The notes under the pieces are model-generated. The model did no database searches and was not told the DNA's origin. It saw nothing but the letters and a program-made list of their open reading frames with translations. A program made the position numbers and the translations under genes. From the human T2T-CHM13v2.0 reference genome, Homo sapiens: a stretch of 64,000 bases of DNA. Shown here in pieces: positions 46,446 to 60,060 of the stretch; position 1 is the stretch's first letter, and every line of letters starts with the position of its first letter. The stretch is from assembly GCF_009914755.1 (NCBI RefSeq), contig NC_060930.1; one strand, written 5' to 3'.

Positions 46446-47773
46446 ATTCCCATATTTAATCATGTTATGTCATATTTAGGCGTTTAATGGAAATTTCCCT
46501 GGGACATGGGGGTAACAGATGAATAAAAGTTGGGAATAATTTTAAAAGCATGGAAGCTAAAAATCATTTGATTCCCCTGCAATTTATCAGAGTAGGCACT
46601 ATCATTCCTCTAATTTTTTGCATTTTTATGTGTATGAGATGTGTTTCATAAGATCCTCTTAGCATTTCTGAGAAATGAGTCAGGAGCAAAATGATCTGAT
46701 TTGGAGAACTGTTTAAAAAAGGCTCAAGCATTCTCTCTAGCTGTTGGTATCTTTAATATTCCATATGATTTCATTTTAACCTTCTCACCAACTCAGCTCC
46801 CTGGGATACATTTATAAACTAATTTTTTTTCTGTAACTGTGGCTACTTCCTTTTTCTTCCCAAATGGACCACACTTTACTAGTGCAAGACTTTCAAAGAA
46901 TTCCAAGAAACTAAGTGGGAAAAAAATGCTGTGAGCCAACAGACTACTTACAAACCTTTGGTTCAAGGGTTTGCCACAAATTTTGAGGAATGGTGGTTAA
47001 GTTGCTCACATTTTTTTAAACAAAAAGTTTGTAAAATTTGTAAATTTGTAGTGTGCAGGGAAACCCAGCAAACTTGCCTTTTCATAAGAAACACAAAAAT
47101 ATATTTAAAATATAATGTTTAATAAATGTAAGTGTGTTTTTAACCAACAGGTTATATAATTACTGACTTATTCATTTGAACAAGTAGATTGTGGAATACA
47201 CAATCTCAAGGTGAAAATAATTTAGATTTATTTATGCAGCTTTAGAGACAAGTATCTTCAAAGGTCCTTCTCAAGTTTATTGACTTTAGGTTAACTCTTT
47301 GGTTTCATTTGCTCCTGATTAATCTTTTAATATTAATAAAACCCTTCCTTTAAAATTCAAATATTAATGAGACTTTTCTCCTTTAAATTAAAAAAATTGA
47401 AACACAAAAATTAAAAGGTTGCACATAACATCTAAGATATTTACATATGCATGCAACTCTGCAAAATGTGCAATGAAAACAGTTAAATAACTTAATAACA
47501 AATATAAAATTATTCTTTAAATAGAATCTTGAGTTCCGTATGCATTTTAATGAAACCATTACATCTGTGATTTCAACACTCGTCACTGAGAGATTCTTAA
47601 GCAGTTTATTTAGCACATGTCTTATTTTCCAAAAATTTTTTCTATAGACATATATCAATGTCCACATGTCTAAATGTGGTATGTTTCAAGTCACTGTTGC
47701 CTAAGTTTCTATTGTAGATGTCTTAGGCTATCTAAATTGTTCTTTTAACAAATAAAACAAGGCAAACACTTAC

Positions 47774-47893
47774 CATCTGGCATCCTTATTCTGTTGATAC
47801 ATCTCCCAAGTATAGCATAAAATTAAAATATAGCACACCAAAATCAAGGGTAGAGGGAAAAAAAAAGTTGTTATCGTCAAATAAAGTGTATAC
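47774..47893 (-). CDS. MCHR2: MCHR2 coding exon 4 of 5 (120 bp; TM5-ICL3)
   Basis: (CT)n pyrimidine tract, then ttttacag|G TAT ACA CTT... = [41 protein letters not shown]|gtaagt. Not in the ORF track. Confidence 0.97.
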
Positions 47894-48189
47894 CTGTAAA
47901 ATGAGAGAGAGAAGAGAGAGAGAGAAAGAACAACACCATTACATTAATTGGATTAGGAATTGGCTTTTGCAGTTTCCGAGGCATAATTCTTTCATTTTTC
48001 AGGGTCCAGGATGAAAGTCCTTGTGGAAAAGCTCAAGATCTTTGGTTGCTTTATTGTAGAGAAGCCCTGATCTTCATTGTTCACTAACAACAATGCTTGT
48101 CTTTTCTCTAGCCACACCCAACTCTAATGAGTGTAGAATAAGTGAGGCTACCTATTACCAATCTTCAGTGTTTAACAATGACAGGCAAC

Positions 48190-48390
48190 AGTATGTAACA
48201 TTTATTATATAGTAGGCACTGTTCTAAGCATTTTGTATATCTTTACTCATTGAATCTGTGAAACCCCATGAGTATGATGCCATTAGTGCCCTTACATTAC
48301 AGAAGAAGAAACTGAGGCACAGAGGGGTCAAGTGGCTTGCCCAAGATTACCCAAACAGTAACTGGCAGAGGTAAAATTTGAACCCAGGAT
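48190..48390 (-). mobile_element. MIR
   Basis: acagaagaagaaactgaggcacagaggggtcaagtggcttgcccaag. Confidence 0.75.
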
Positions 48391-48438
48391 AGCCAATGAT
48401 GGTGGGAGAAGTAATGAATAAACAATATTATCTATGTT

Positions 48439-51400
48439 TCTTCTAAACAATTTTCGCTGATGCATAATAGATGTATATCATTTCAGAGTATATGTGATAG
48501 TTTAATACATTCATATAATTTGTAAAAATCAAATCAGTGTACTTGGAATATCCATCACCTTAAATATTTGTCTTTTTAAAAATGCTAGAAACATTCAAAT
48601 TATTCTCTTCTAGCTATTTTGAAATGTACAATAGGATATTTTAAAGTATAGTCATCCTACTGATTCACCAAACACTAGGTCTTATTTCTTTTATTAAAGT
48701 GTATCTTTGTATCCACTTAATTATCTTTTCTTCTTTACCCACTTCCTCTACCTTTCCTGGCCTCTGGTAACCACCAATCTACTATCTTTATGAGATTCAC
48801 TTTTTTAGCTCCCACATATAAGTGAGAAGATGTGATATTTGTCTTTCTGTACTTGGCTCGTTTCACTTAACATAATAGCCTTCATTTCTATTCATGTTGC
48901 TACAAATGACAGGATTTTGTTGTTTTTTATGGATGAATGATATTCTATTGTGTGTATATATATTATACTTTATCCATTCACCTATTGATAGGCATTTAGA
49001 TTAATTACATATTTTGGTTATTGTGAACAGTACAGCAATAAACATGGTAGTACAGATATCTCTTTGGTATATTAATATCGTTTCTTTTGGATATAAACCC
49101 AGTAGTGGAACTGTCGGATCATATGGTAGTTCTATTTTTAGTTTTTCGAGGAGCCTTTATAGTGATTGTAACAATATATATTCCCACCGACAATGTACAA
49201 AGGTTCCGCTTTGTTCACATCCTTGTCAGCATCCATTATTGCCTGTTTTTTTGGTAAAAGCTACTTTAATTGGGGTGAGATGATATCTCCTTGTGGTTTT
49301 GATTTGCATTTCTCTGATGGTTAGTGATACTGAGCACTTTTTATGTACCCATTGGCCATTTATATGTCTTATTTTGAGAAATGTCTGTTCAGATTTTTGC
49401 CCATTTTTTACATTGGATTATTTGGGTTTTTTTGCTATTGAGTTGTTTGAGCTCCTTATATATTCTGGTTTTTAATCACTTGTCAGATGGATGGTTTGCA
49501 AATATTTTCTTCCATTCTGTGCGTTGTCTCTTCACTTTGTTGATTGTTTTCTTTGCTGTGCAGAAGCTTTTTAGTTTGAGGTAATCCTATTTATCCACTT
49601 TTGCTTAGGTTGCCTGTGCTTTTGAGGTCTTGTATGAAAAGTCTTTGCCCAGACCAATGTCCTGGAGCATTTCCCTATGTTTTCTTCTTGTAGTTTTCAT
49701 AGGTTCAAGTCTTAGATTTAAGTATTTAATTCATTTCGGTTTGATTTTTGTGTATGGTGAGAGGTATGGGTCTAGTTTCATTCTTCTGCATGTAGTTTTC
49801 CAGTTTTCCCAGGACAATTTATTGAAGGGACTTTCCTGTCTCCATTCTTGGCTCCTTTGATGAAGATGAGTTGGCTATAAATGTGTGGATTTATATCGGG
49901 CACTCTATTCTGTTCCATTCGTCAATGTGTCTTTTTATGCCAGTACCATGCTGCTTTGGTTACTATAGCTTTCTAGTAAATTTTGAAGTCGGGTAGCATG
50001 ATGCCTCTAGCTTTGTTCTTTACCTCAGGATTTCTTTAGCTATTCAGGGTCTTTTGTGGTTCCATATAAATTTTAGAATTTTTTGTCCTGTTTCTGTGAA
50101 AACTGTTATTGGTATTTTGAGAGAGATTGCATTGAATCTGTACATTGCTTTGGGTAGTAGTGTCATTTTAACAATAGTAATTCTTCCAATTAATCAACAC
50201 GGAATATCCTTTTTTGTGTCCTATTTCTTGCATCAGGTATTTATGTACGTGTGTATTTTTTTAATCAGAGTTTTATAGTTTTCCTTGTATAGATATATCA
50301 CTTCTTTTGTTGAATTGAATACTAGGTATTTTATATTCTTGGTAGCTATTTTGAAGGCCACTGCATTTCTGATTTCTTTGTCAGATTGTTTATTACTGCA
50401 TATGTAAATGCTATTGATTTTTATACATTCATTTTGTATCCTGTGACTTTACTGAATTCATTTATCAGTTTTAATAGTTTTTTGGTGAGTTTTAGGTTTT
50501 TCTAAACATAATATCATGCCATCTGTGAACAAGGCTATTTGGCTTTTTCCTTTCCAATTTGAATGCCCATTATTTCTTTCTCTTGCCTAATTGCTCTGGC
50601 TAGGATTTCTGATATTACATTGAATAAAAGTGGTGAAAGTGGGTATACTTGTCTTGTTGCAGATCTTAGAGAAAAGGCCTTCAATTTTTCCCCATTCAGT
50701 GCAAAATTAGCTGTAAGTATGTCATGTATGCCCTTTGTTATTTTGAGGTATGTTCCTTTTATAACCAGTTTGATGAGGGTTTTATCAGAAAGGGATGCTG
50801 AATTTTATTGAATGATGTTTTGGCATTTATTGAAATAATCATATGGTTTTTGTTCTTGGTGCTGTTAATGTGATGTATCAAATTTATTGATTTGTGTATG
50901 GTGAACCATCCTCACATTCCTTGGATGAGTTCTACTTGCTCATGATATACGATTTTTTTAATGTGTTGTTGAATTCTGTTTGCTAGTATTTTGTTAAGGA
51001 TTTTTGCATCTATGCTCATCAGTAATATTGGTCTGTAGTTTTGTTTTCTTGTGTGTCTCTGGATGGTTTTGGTATCAGAGTAACGCTGGCTTTGTAGAAT
51101 GAGTTTGGAAGTATTCCTTCCTCTTCATTTTTTTTTTTTTTGAAGTTTGAAGAGAATTGGTATTAATTATTTAAATATTTGGTAGAATTCAGCAATGAAG
51201 TCATCAGGTCCTGGACTTTCCTTTGATGAAAGACTTTTTGTTACAGCGTCAGTCTCCTTATTCGCTATTGATTTGTTGAGGCTGTTTATTTCCTCATGGT
51301 TCAATCTTGGCAGGCTGTTTGTGTCCAGGAATTTATTTATTTCCTCTATATTTCCCAGTTTGTTGGCTTTTAGTGATTCATTACAGTTTCTAATGACTCT

Positions 51401-54400
51401 TTGTATTTCTGAGGTTTCAGTTGTTATGTTTCCCTTTTTGTTTCTGATTTTGTTTATTTGGAACTTCTCTGTTTTTCTTAGTCTAGCTAAAGGTTTGTTG
51501 GTTTTGTTTATCTTTTTGAAAAGCCAACTTTTCATTTTGTTGATCGTCTGTAGTTTTTTTAGTCTCAATTTTATTTATTTCTGCTCTAATCTTCATTATT
51601 TATTTCCTGCTACTAATTTTGGGTTTGGTTTGTTGCCTTTCTAATTCTTTGAGGTACATTCGTGGGTTGTTTATTTTAAGTCTTTCTACTTTTTTGATAT
51701 AGGCATTTATAACTGTAAAATTCCTTGTTAGTACTGCTTCTGCTATATCCCATAGATTTTGGTATGTTGTATTTCAACTTTCGTTTGTTTCAAAAATGTT
51801 TAAATTTCTTTCTTGATGTATTCATTGACCCACTAATCATTCAGGAGCATGTTGTTTAATTTACATATATTTGTGTAGTTTCCAAGGTTGCTCTTGTTAT
51901 TGATTTCTAGTTTTAGTCCATTGTGGTCAAAGATACTTGCTATAACTTCTACTTTTTTGAATTTGATCAGATGTGTCTTGTGGCCTGATAGGATTATTCT
52001 GGGGGAATGTTCTATATGCTGTTGAAAAGAATTTGCATTCTGCAACAGTTGGGTGAAATGTTCTGTAAATGTCAGGCCTATTAGGTCTAGTGTGTAGTTT
52101 AATTCTGCCGTTTCTTTGTTGATTTTCTGTCTGGATGATCTGTCGATAACAGAGAATGGTGTGTTAAAATCTCTTACTATTATTGCATTGCAGCCCTCTC
52201 TCTCCCTGAAGATCTATTAGTGTTTGCTCTATATATTTGGGAGCCCCAATGTTGGGTGCAGAGATACTTAAAATTGTTATATCCTTTTGCTGAATTGACT
52301 CCTTTATCATTATATAGTGACCTTCTTTGTCTTCTTTTACAGTCATTGATTTGTAGTCTATTTTATCTAAATATAGCTACTCTTGCTCTTTTTGACCTCC
52401 AGTTGTATGGAATGTGTTTTCCCATCCCTTCACTCTCAGTCTATGTGTGTCTTTATAGGTGAAGTGGGTTTCTTGTAGGCTGCATATAGTTGAGTCTTGT
52501 TTCTTTATCAAGCCTCTTGCTGCCTTTTAATTGGAAAATTGAGACCCTTTACATTCAGTATTATTATTGATAAGCAAGGACTTACTACTGCCATCTTGTT
52601 GCTTATTTTCTGGTTTTGTAACTTTTGTCTTCCTTTCTTCTTTTCTTACTATCTTCCTTTGTGGAAAAGTGAATTTCTCTGGCGGAATGTCTTAGTTCAT
52701 TCCTTTTTATTTTTAAAATCTATTATGGATTTTTGTGATGTGGTTGCAATGATGCTGACAAAAAATATATATAACAAGTTATTCTAAAGAGATGATAATT
52801 TATCTTACATCAAAGAAAAAAGTGGAAAAAAATCTACATTTTAACTCCATTCCCCTACATTTTAACTTTTAGTTGTCTCAGTTTACGTATTTCCATATTA
52901 TCTGTCTCTTAACAGGTTGCTATAGCTGTTACCATTTTTGATAGATTTGTCTTTTGGGCTTCATGCTAGAATTATGAGTGGATTATACACCATAATTACA
53001 GTATTAGAGTATTCTGGGCTTGTTAATGTATTTAATTTTATCCAGGGGTTTCATACCTTCAAGTATTTTCTTTTTGCACATTAGTGTTTTTTTTTTTTTC
53101 TTTCCAACAGAAGAACTCCCTTTAGCATTTCTTGTAAGACAGATCTGGTGGTGGTAAATTCCTTCAACTTCTGCTTGTCTGGAAAACACTTTAACTCTTC
53201 TTCACAGTTGAAGGATAATGTGCTGGATGCAATATCTTGGATGGCAGGTGTTTTTTTTTTTTTTTTTCAGTTTGAGAATGCCATTTCACTCCCTCTTGGC
53301 CTGTATGGTTTCTAGTAAGAAGTCCATTTCCAGATGAATTAGAGCTCCTTTATACGTTATTTGCTTCTTTTCTCTTACTGATTTTAGAGTTCTATCTTTG
53401 TCTTTGACTTTTGAGAGTTTATTATATGCCTTGGGGTACAGTCTTTTTGGGGTTGATTTTGTTTGGTGTTCTCTGATCTTCCCATATCTGGATATTTACA
53501 TCTTTCTCAATTTGGGGAAATTTTCTGTTATTATTTCTTTGAATAAGCTTTCTACTCCTTGTGCTTGCTCAACTCCCTCTTGAACACCGATAAGTCTTAG
53601 ATTTGGTCTTTTGAAGTAATTTTTTCTATATCTTGTATACAGTCTTCATTTCTTTTCATTCCTTTTTCTGACTGTGTATTTTCAAATAGCCTGTCTTTGA
53701 GCTCACTAATTCTTTCCTTTGCTTGACCCGTTCTGCTGTTGAGAATTTTTAGTAACTTTTTCAGTTTAGCAAGTGTATTTCTCAGTTCCAAGATTTTTTT
53801 TAATTTTTAAAATTATTTCAATCTCTTTGTTAAATTTCTCTGATATATTTCTGAATTGCTTTTGTGTGTTATCTTGAGATCACTGAGTTTCCTAAAAACC
53901 ACTATTTTGAATTATTGGCCAGAGAGCTCACATATTGCTGTCTCATTAGGGTCAGTTACTGGTTCCCTGATGGTTCACTGTTTGCTGTTGCTTCTTATGG
54001 ATGTACATCTATGTCTTTGCATTAAGGATTTGCTATTTATTCCAGTCTTCTCTGTCTGAGTTGTTTTGGTTTTTATTTCCTGTATTTGCTTAGAGAGTCT
54101 TTATCGCTAGGTTGCTGTCTCCTTTTGGCTCTAGGTGGTGCCTTAAGCCCAGGCTTGCTTTGGCTCTAGTGACCCATCAGTCACTGGCTGTCCTGAATGG
54201 GGGAAGTCCCAAAGGAGATATCCCGGAGGTGTGGGAAGCCTGGCTAGGGGTTTGTCCAGGGGACCTGCTGAATGTACCTCCTGGAGTGTACTGCTATATA
54301 GCCACTCTGATTTAGTGTCTCCTTTGGCTGAGTTACAGAGCAACAGTCCCACCTCCCTACTTTGTCTCTGCCTGTTCTCAGGGATATTTCTCCCTTCCAG

Positions 54401-54820
54401 AACTTATGATACTTCCCATAGGTTAAGGCAGAGACAGGTATTTTGTCAGGGAACCCAAGGTGGTGGGAAAGCTGGTTGTCTACCTTGATCTCGTTTTTTT
54501 CAGTGTAGAAACTGTGAGTTGGGGGGAAGTTTTTCATGTGTTTGGTGTCAGGCAGAATGGGGGAGAGGGGTGTCATGGATGTGGAAATCTGATTCTGTTA
54601 CAGTTGGCTTGGAGGCTTTTTTTTTTTTTTTTTCACTTCTCTGAATCCTGAGGAACCATCTCATCCACATATTTGAGTTCTGGAGTTCTGGAGTTCTGGG
54701 ATATTGCTAATGATAACCTTGGTGCTGTATATTTGTCTTTGATTTTCTGAGGGCTCTGGGAGTGGGGGCATTCAGTCAGCTTGCTTCTATGCTGCCATTT
54801 TGGAACTGGAAGTGCAGTCC
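48439..54820 (-). mobile_element. Apparently full-length, decayed L1MA4-like element
   Basis: 3' UTR, ORF2 remnants (51167, 51833, 52164) and ORF1 remnants (53004, 53597). 5' end ACTTCCAGTTCCAAAATGGC. Candidate TSD tatctatgtt at 48429-48438 and 54821-54830. Confidence 0.85.
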
Positions 54821-54834
54821 TATCTATGTTGCAC

Positions 54835-55207
54835 TGTTATGTCCCAAATGTTTGTGTTCCCTCAAAATTCCTATGTTGAAAACCTAACCCCAAATATAAT
54901 GGTATGAGGAAGTAGGGTCTTTGGGAACTAATTAAGTCATGAGAGTCGCGCCTTCATGAATGGGAATAGTGTACTTATAAGAAGAGACACAAGAGAGCTT
55001 GCTTCCTGTCTCTCTCTTTTGCCACATAAGGACAAAATGAGAAGTTGGCAGACTGCAACCTGGAAGAGGGCTGTCATCAGAACTTGATCATGCTGGCAGT
55101 TTCATCTTGGATTTCCAGCTTCTAGAACTGTGAAAAATAAATTTCTATTGTTTACAAGCCACCTAGTCTATAGTGCTTTGTTATACTAAACTGAACTGAA
55201 CAAGACA
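54835..55207 (+). mobile_element. MaLR solo LTR (MLT1A/MST-like)
   Basis: TG...CA ends, 373 bp, 5-bp TSD tgcac/tgcaa. Confidence 0.8.
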
Positions 55208-55510
55208 TGCAAGCATATGAATTTTTTTTTTTAACTGGATTAGCGGATTTGCAGGTCCTTTACCGCCATCTTTCTTTGGCTGTGTCCACATAATGCAGAA
55301 ATGACTTATCTATTTGACAAGTGATGGAGTAAGAGAAAGTAATCTGCCAGACTGACTTGAGATAGCATATGTAAAAATATCTAACACAGTTATTGGTCAT
55401 TGGTAGTTGCTCAAATAATTTAATCATGAACTCCAATTCTGTGTTCAAATTTCAAATTGAAGACTTTTAATTTCTTTTTAAATTAAAATGTATAAAACGG
55501 CTATGGTAGT

Positions 55511-55972
55511 TGCATTAGTTTCCTAGGACTGCTATAAGAAATTAGCACAAACTGCATAGCTTAAAACAATAGAAATTTATTCTCTCACAGCTCTGAAAGC
55601 TAGACATCTGAAATCAAGGTGCTGGCAAATTTGGTTCTTCAGAGGCTCTGAAGCAGAATCTGCTCTATGCCCCCTCCTACCCTCTCTGCTGGTTTCTGGC
55701 AATCCTTGGTGTTCCTTGGCTTACAGACATATCACTCCAATCTCCGCCTCTGTCTTCACCTGTATTCTCTTTTCTGTGTGTCTCTGTGTTTCTTAAAATC
55801 TGCTTCTCCTTATCAGGACAATAGTCATTGGGCCCACCCTAATCCAGCATGACCTTAACTTAGCTTGATTACATCTGAAAAAACCCTATTTCCAAATAAG
55901 ATCACATTCACAGGTATGGGGAGCTGGTGTAGGACTTGAACATGTCTTTATAGGGGACATAATTCAAGCAAA
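55511..55972 (-). mobile_element. MaLR solo LTR (MLT1B/C-like)
   Basis: tgcattagtttcctaggactgct...cttaaaacaatagaaatttattctctcacag...ccctatttccaaataagatcacattcacagg. Confidence 0.8.
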
Positions 55973-56324
55973 CTGCAATTGCATACTGATGAGGTGGAGT
56001 CTGAGTGACTCTGGAAATTCCTTACCTCCCTTGATTGCTGCATTCCCACTGCGTCTGGCTGCTATGAATGTTTAAAATCCATGTTTAAATATATTTGTGT
56101 CCACTGAGGTTACATGATTGAATTCAAAATCTTTTTCTAAAGGTTACCCTCTCCTTAAAAATCAAACTTATCACCTTGATTGTATGTGTGGAGAAACCTA
56201 ATGGAGATACTGGCGAGAAGAGGATCCATAAGGATACTCTTTGAGGCTGCTCACATGTTGACAAGGAGAATGAAGTTCTTCACAACTTAATTCAACTCGT
56301 TTTTCTTAAGTTTTCACAACTTAC

Positions 56325-56519
56325 CAGAGTACATCGTCAGGGGATGTCAAATCAAAAGCACAACTCTCAACACCGTCTTTAAATTTGATGACCTTCGAGT
56401 AGACCCAGACAGGCAATGCCAGGATAAAGGAAGCTGCCCAAAGGCCCAAATTGATCCGGATGGTCTTGTACCTTGTTCTCCAACGTGTCAGTCGAAATGG
56501 TTGGACGAGGGCAAAGTAC
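56325..56519 (-). CDS. MCHR2: MCHR2 coding exon 3 of 5 (195 bp; ICL2-TM4-ECL2)
   Basis: tttgcag|G TAC TTT GCC... = [66 protein letters not shown]|gtaagt. Completes DRY; lies within ORF 56321..56590. Confidence 0.97.
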
Positions 56520-56676
56520 CTGCAAAGGCAGTCAGGAAGAGTTTTGGAACAATCAATAAAAGCACTGAGCTCCAAGGATGAAAGGTTCATGATGAGAGTA
56601 AATTCTTAGCATTATTTTCCTTTCTGAAGCACACCTCTATCAGGGCAAAAGAAAGTTTTATATATATATATATTTT

Positions 56677-57039
56677 AATTTTTATTTATTTTTTTAAATT
56701 TTTATTTATTTATTTTTATTATTATTATACTTTAAGTTTTAGGGTACATGTGCACAATGTGCAGGTTAGTTACATATGTATACATGTGCCATGCTGGTGT
56801 GCTGCACCCATTAACTCGTCATTTAGCATTAGGTATATCTCCTAATGCTATCCCTCTCCCCTCCCCCAACCCCACAACAGTCCCCAGAGTGTGATGTTCC
56901 CCTTCCTGTGTCCATGTGTTCTCATTGTTCAATTCCCATCTATGAGTGAGAACATGCGGTGTTTGGTTTTTTGTCCTTGCGATAGTTTACTGAGAATGAT
57001 GATTTCCAATTTCATCCATGTCCCTACAAAGGACATGAA
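56677..57039 (-). mobile_element. L1PA3 3' end, 5'-truncated
   Basis: Same 3' UTR diagnostics as the full-length copy. TSD begins gaaagtt at 56651 and 57037. Confidence 0.93.
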
Positions 57040-58129
57040 AGTTATATTTTTTAAGATCTGCCTGGTATCTGTAGAGAAAACAATTCTTGACCCTGCAAGT
57101 CTGAATAAACCACTCACTGAAATAGTTGTTCCTTCTATGAATACATTGATAATGGTAAAATTCTACAGTGCAAACTCTTTCTTTACAAAGGGGCTTTTCC
57201 TATAAACGAAACTCTGGAAAACTTTGTCTCTGAACAGGGATTTCCTGCAGGAGGAAATAACCCTTTTCCCAGCAAGATTTACTGACACAGAGGCAGGAAG
57301 GAAGAAAATGTGGGGTTAAGAGAATCCCTCAGCAGGAAGGGGTTCAGGCACATAGAACAAACATTTTGCCCCGATGGCTTTATACTTAAGTCACCAGGCT
57401 CATGGAGTTTCAGCTCACAGAAGTCACAGTGAGGATTAACAAGTATGGCTAGTATAGACAATGCAAATTCCTTAAGGAACTTAGGCTAGAAGCCAGAGGG
57501 AAGAAATAGGCTAATTTCATGGGGAGGCATTTTTCTTTATTTTTCTCTTTTCATTTTAGGGCCAGGAAAAAAGGGGTAATCATTAATCAAACTTGAAATT
57601 CTGACATATCAAATGTATTTGGTCCTCCAGCAAATCCAAGAATTTTTCAGAGCAAAATGAAAGCTGAGAATGAAAAACAAGTTCAGATTCAGAAGGAAGG
57701 CTATTTGAAAAAGCACAGCTTTGCTGGGAGCTGGGGGTGGTGGAGGATAGTATTAGTAGAAATTAAACAAATGTAAAAATGGTTTTTATGGTCACTTAAT
57801 TTTCTCCAAGTTTTTGCAAAGCTACTTAATGAAGACTCACAAAAATAACAAATTTCCTGTCCTCTTGCGCTTTCAATTTTGCACCAGAAGCAGGACATTT
57901 GCATTCAGTTAAGGGGCCTTTGGTTGCAGAGAGTGGTTTCTGGCCAGGGCTCCTCAGCTACCCATCCTCTCTGCACACTGCACATGCATTCCCCATGGCT
58001 AACGAGGGAAGGGCCTCTTTTCTCCCTGCTGCGGAAGTGGATGATGTAGTGACTGCATAGCAGCCCAGCCATCATTTTTACTGGAATTATAGGATGAGGA
58101 AGTCATGGGATCAAGCAATTAAGGAATCT

Positions 58130-58670
58130 TCTCTGATAGCATCCCTCCCCAGCTGAAAACCTTTCAGTGGTTTTCCATCAATTTTCAGAATTCCTCCCAT
58201 GATCCACAGGTCTTTTTTCCCACCTGGTTCTGCCTGCTGCTCAAGCTGGAGCCTGTGCCAGTCTCTCTCTTGACTTCCTCAAGCTCTTCCCCTTTCAAGG
58301 TTAGGCACTTGCTGCTCTACCTGCCTGGCAGGATCTGCCTCTGCTTCTTCTTGCTCTTCCTTCAAGTCCCTATTTAACTGTCTCCCTCTTAGGGAAGACT
58401 TCTCTGACCACCCATTCTATAGGAGGGACCATGACTATAAAAGAAGATTATAGGAGACTCTACTTTTCCCTCCTAGTGTATGATCGCTATGTGGAAATAT
58501 ACAATTACTTGTGGGACTCTTCACTTAATGTCTGTCTACACCACTAGAATGAAAGCCCCATGAGGGCAGGAGCCTTGACTATTAGTTTAAGGCCACTGTA
58601 TCCCCTGTGTCCAACAATCTCTGGCATATGGTTCATGCTCAATAAATATTTTTTGAACAAATGAATGAAT
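58130..58670 (+). mobile_element. L2 3' portion
   Basis: actagaatgaaagccccatgagggcagg...gctcaataaatattttttgaacaaatgaatgaat. Confidence 0.75.
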
Positions 58671-59919
58671 CAATTGCAAATTTTGGCTCCTACTTACTGA
58701 CTCTTGATGTTTTAGAGAATTTATTTATAAAAGTAGCCACTAATGAAAGTCTAGGTAGCTTTCATTTGAAGGCAAACATTTTTAATATTTTGGATATTTA
58801 TATATTGTTTTTGTATGGCTATGGAGGTAGAAGCCCACTACTAAATATTCTACACACTTGCAGTTATCACTAATTAGGGAAAGCAAAATGAGTTATTGGA
58901 AACACTTGAAATGCATGATCTATTAAACTGGCAATTAAAATGATTTAAATATGTAAACACTAAGGCATACTGATGGCACTGACATTTAGTTATGATCTTA
59001 CAAAGCAAGCCTCATTTCTCTTTTACAAAATTGCAGATTTTGTTAAACTTTTATGAATTTAGTGGAGTTAGAATTACAAGAAATGTGAGGAAGGAAATGG
59101 TTCAGTTTTATAGGCTCTTCACTTGTTTCTTACCACCTGATCTTCCAGAATGAGGGGAAGGAAAGGGCAGAATGTCTTAAATGTGAAATGAAATTTTAGC
59201 ATACTATGTCCATTGGATTAAAACAAAACAAAACAAAAGACTAGGAGTAAGATACCACGCCTGCATGTGTGCACACATATATACACAGAGAAAAACCTGT
59301 CAATATTTAAAAACATACACAGTTTGTCTCTTCCAAGGCAGAAAATGCCCATTCACTTCATTTACAGTAAGAGATTTATAGGAGTATACCTGTTTATTTT
59401 TTTTTTTTTCAAAAAAAGCCAATATTCTCCTGCATCCAAGGCACAGTATATAAAGAAGCTCGTATTATCCCCAAGAATGGGATTACTGTTGGTATGGTCT
59501 GTACTTTAGGTCACTTTTCTACAGTGAGCCTGGCCTGTTCAAGGCCCTCTTCCTGGTATTGGAACCCTGACAAGCATATGGGGCTTTTCTCATGACACAG
59601 TCACATTGGCTGGCATTAGCTGAGCTAACCAGAGCTATGCAGTATATTGATTTAAAAATGTGTTAGTTACAAGTTGAGAAGCACATTCTATATTTTGAAA
59701 GTTCTCTTGCAGAAAAACAAAAGGATATTTAAAAATTTACCATTATTATTCGTTCTTGTCAGAGTGAATTATTTATATGAACTTTGCAATTCTTTTTTTG
59801 TTCATCTGAAGAATGGCTCATCACTTCCCCACCAAAAAGTCTCACTTAGAAGGGTGAAAGAGGCAGGGTTCAGGACAATTTCTGGATGGACCCAGGGAAA
59901 TTTAACATACCCTTCAAGA

Positions 59920-60060
59920 CATTCATTCATTCATTCATTCATCAATATTTTTTGAGCACCTGAGTGCCAGGCACTGTTACATACACATTTATGATATATT
60001 GGTGGACCAAGACCCTGCCTTTGTGGAATTGACATTTGAGGTACAAGGGAATGAGACAAT
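59920..60060 (-). mobile_element. L2 3' tip
   Basis: (cattc)att run followed by aatattttttgagcacctgagtgccaggcactg. Confidence 0.65.
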
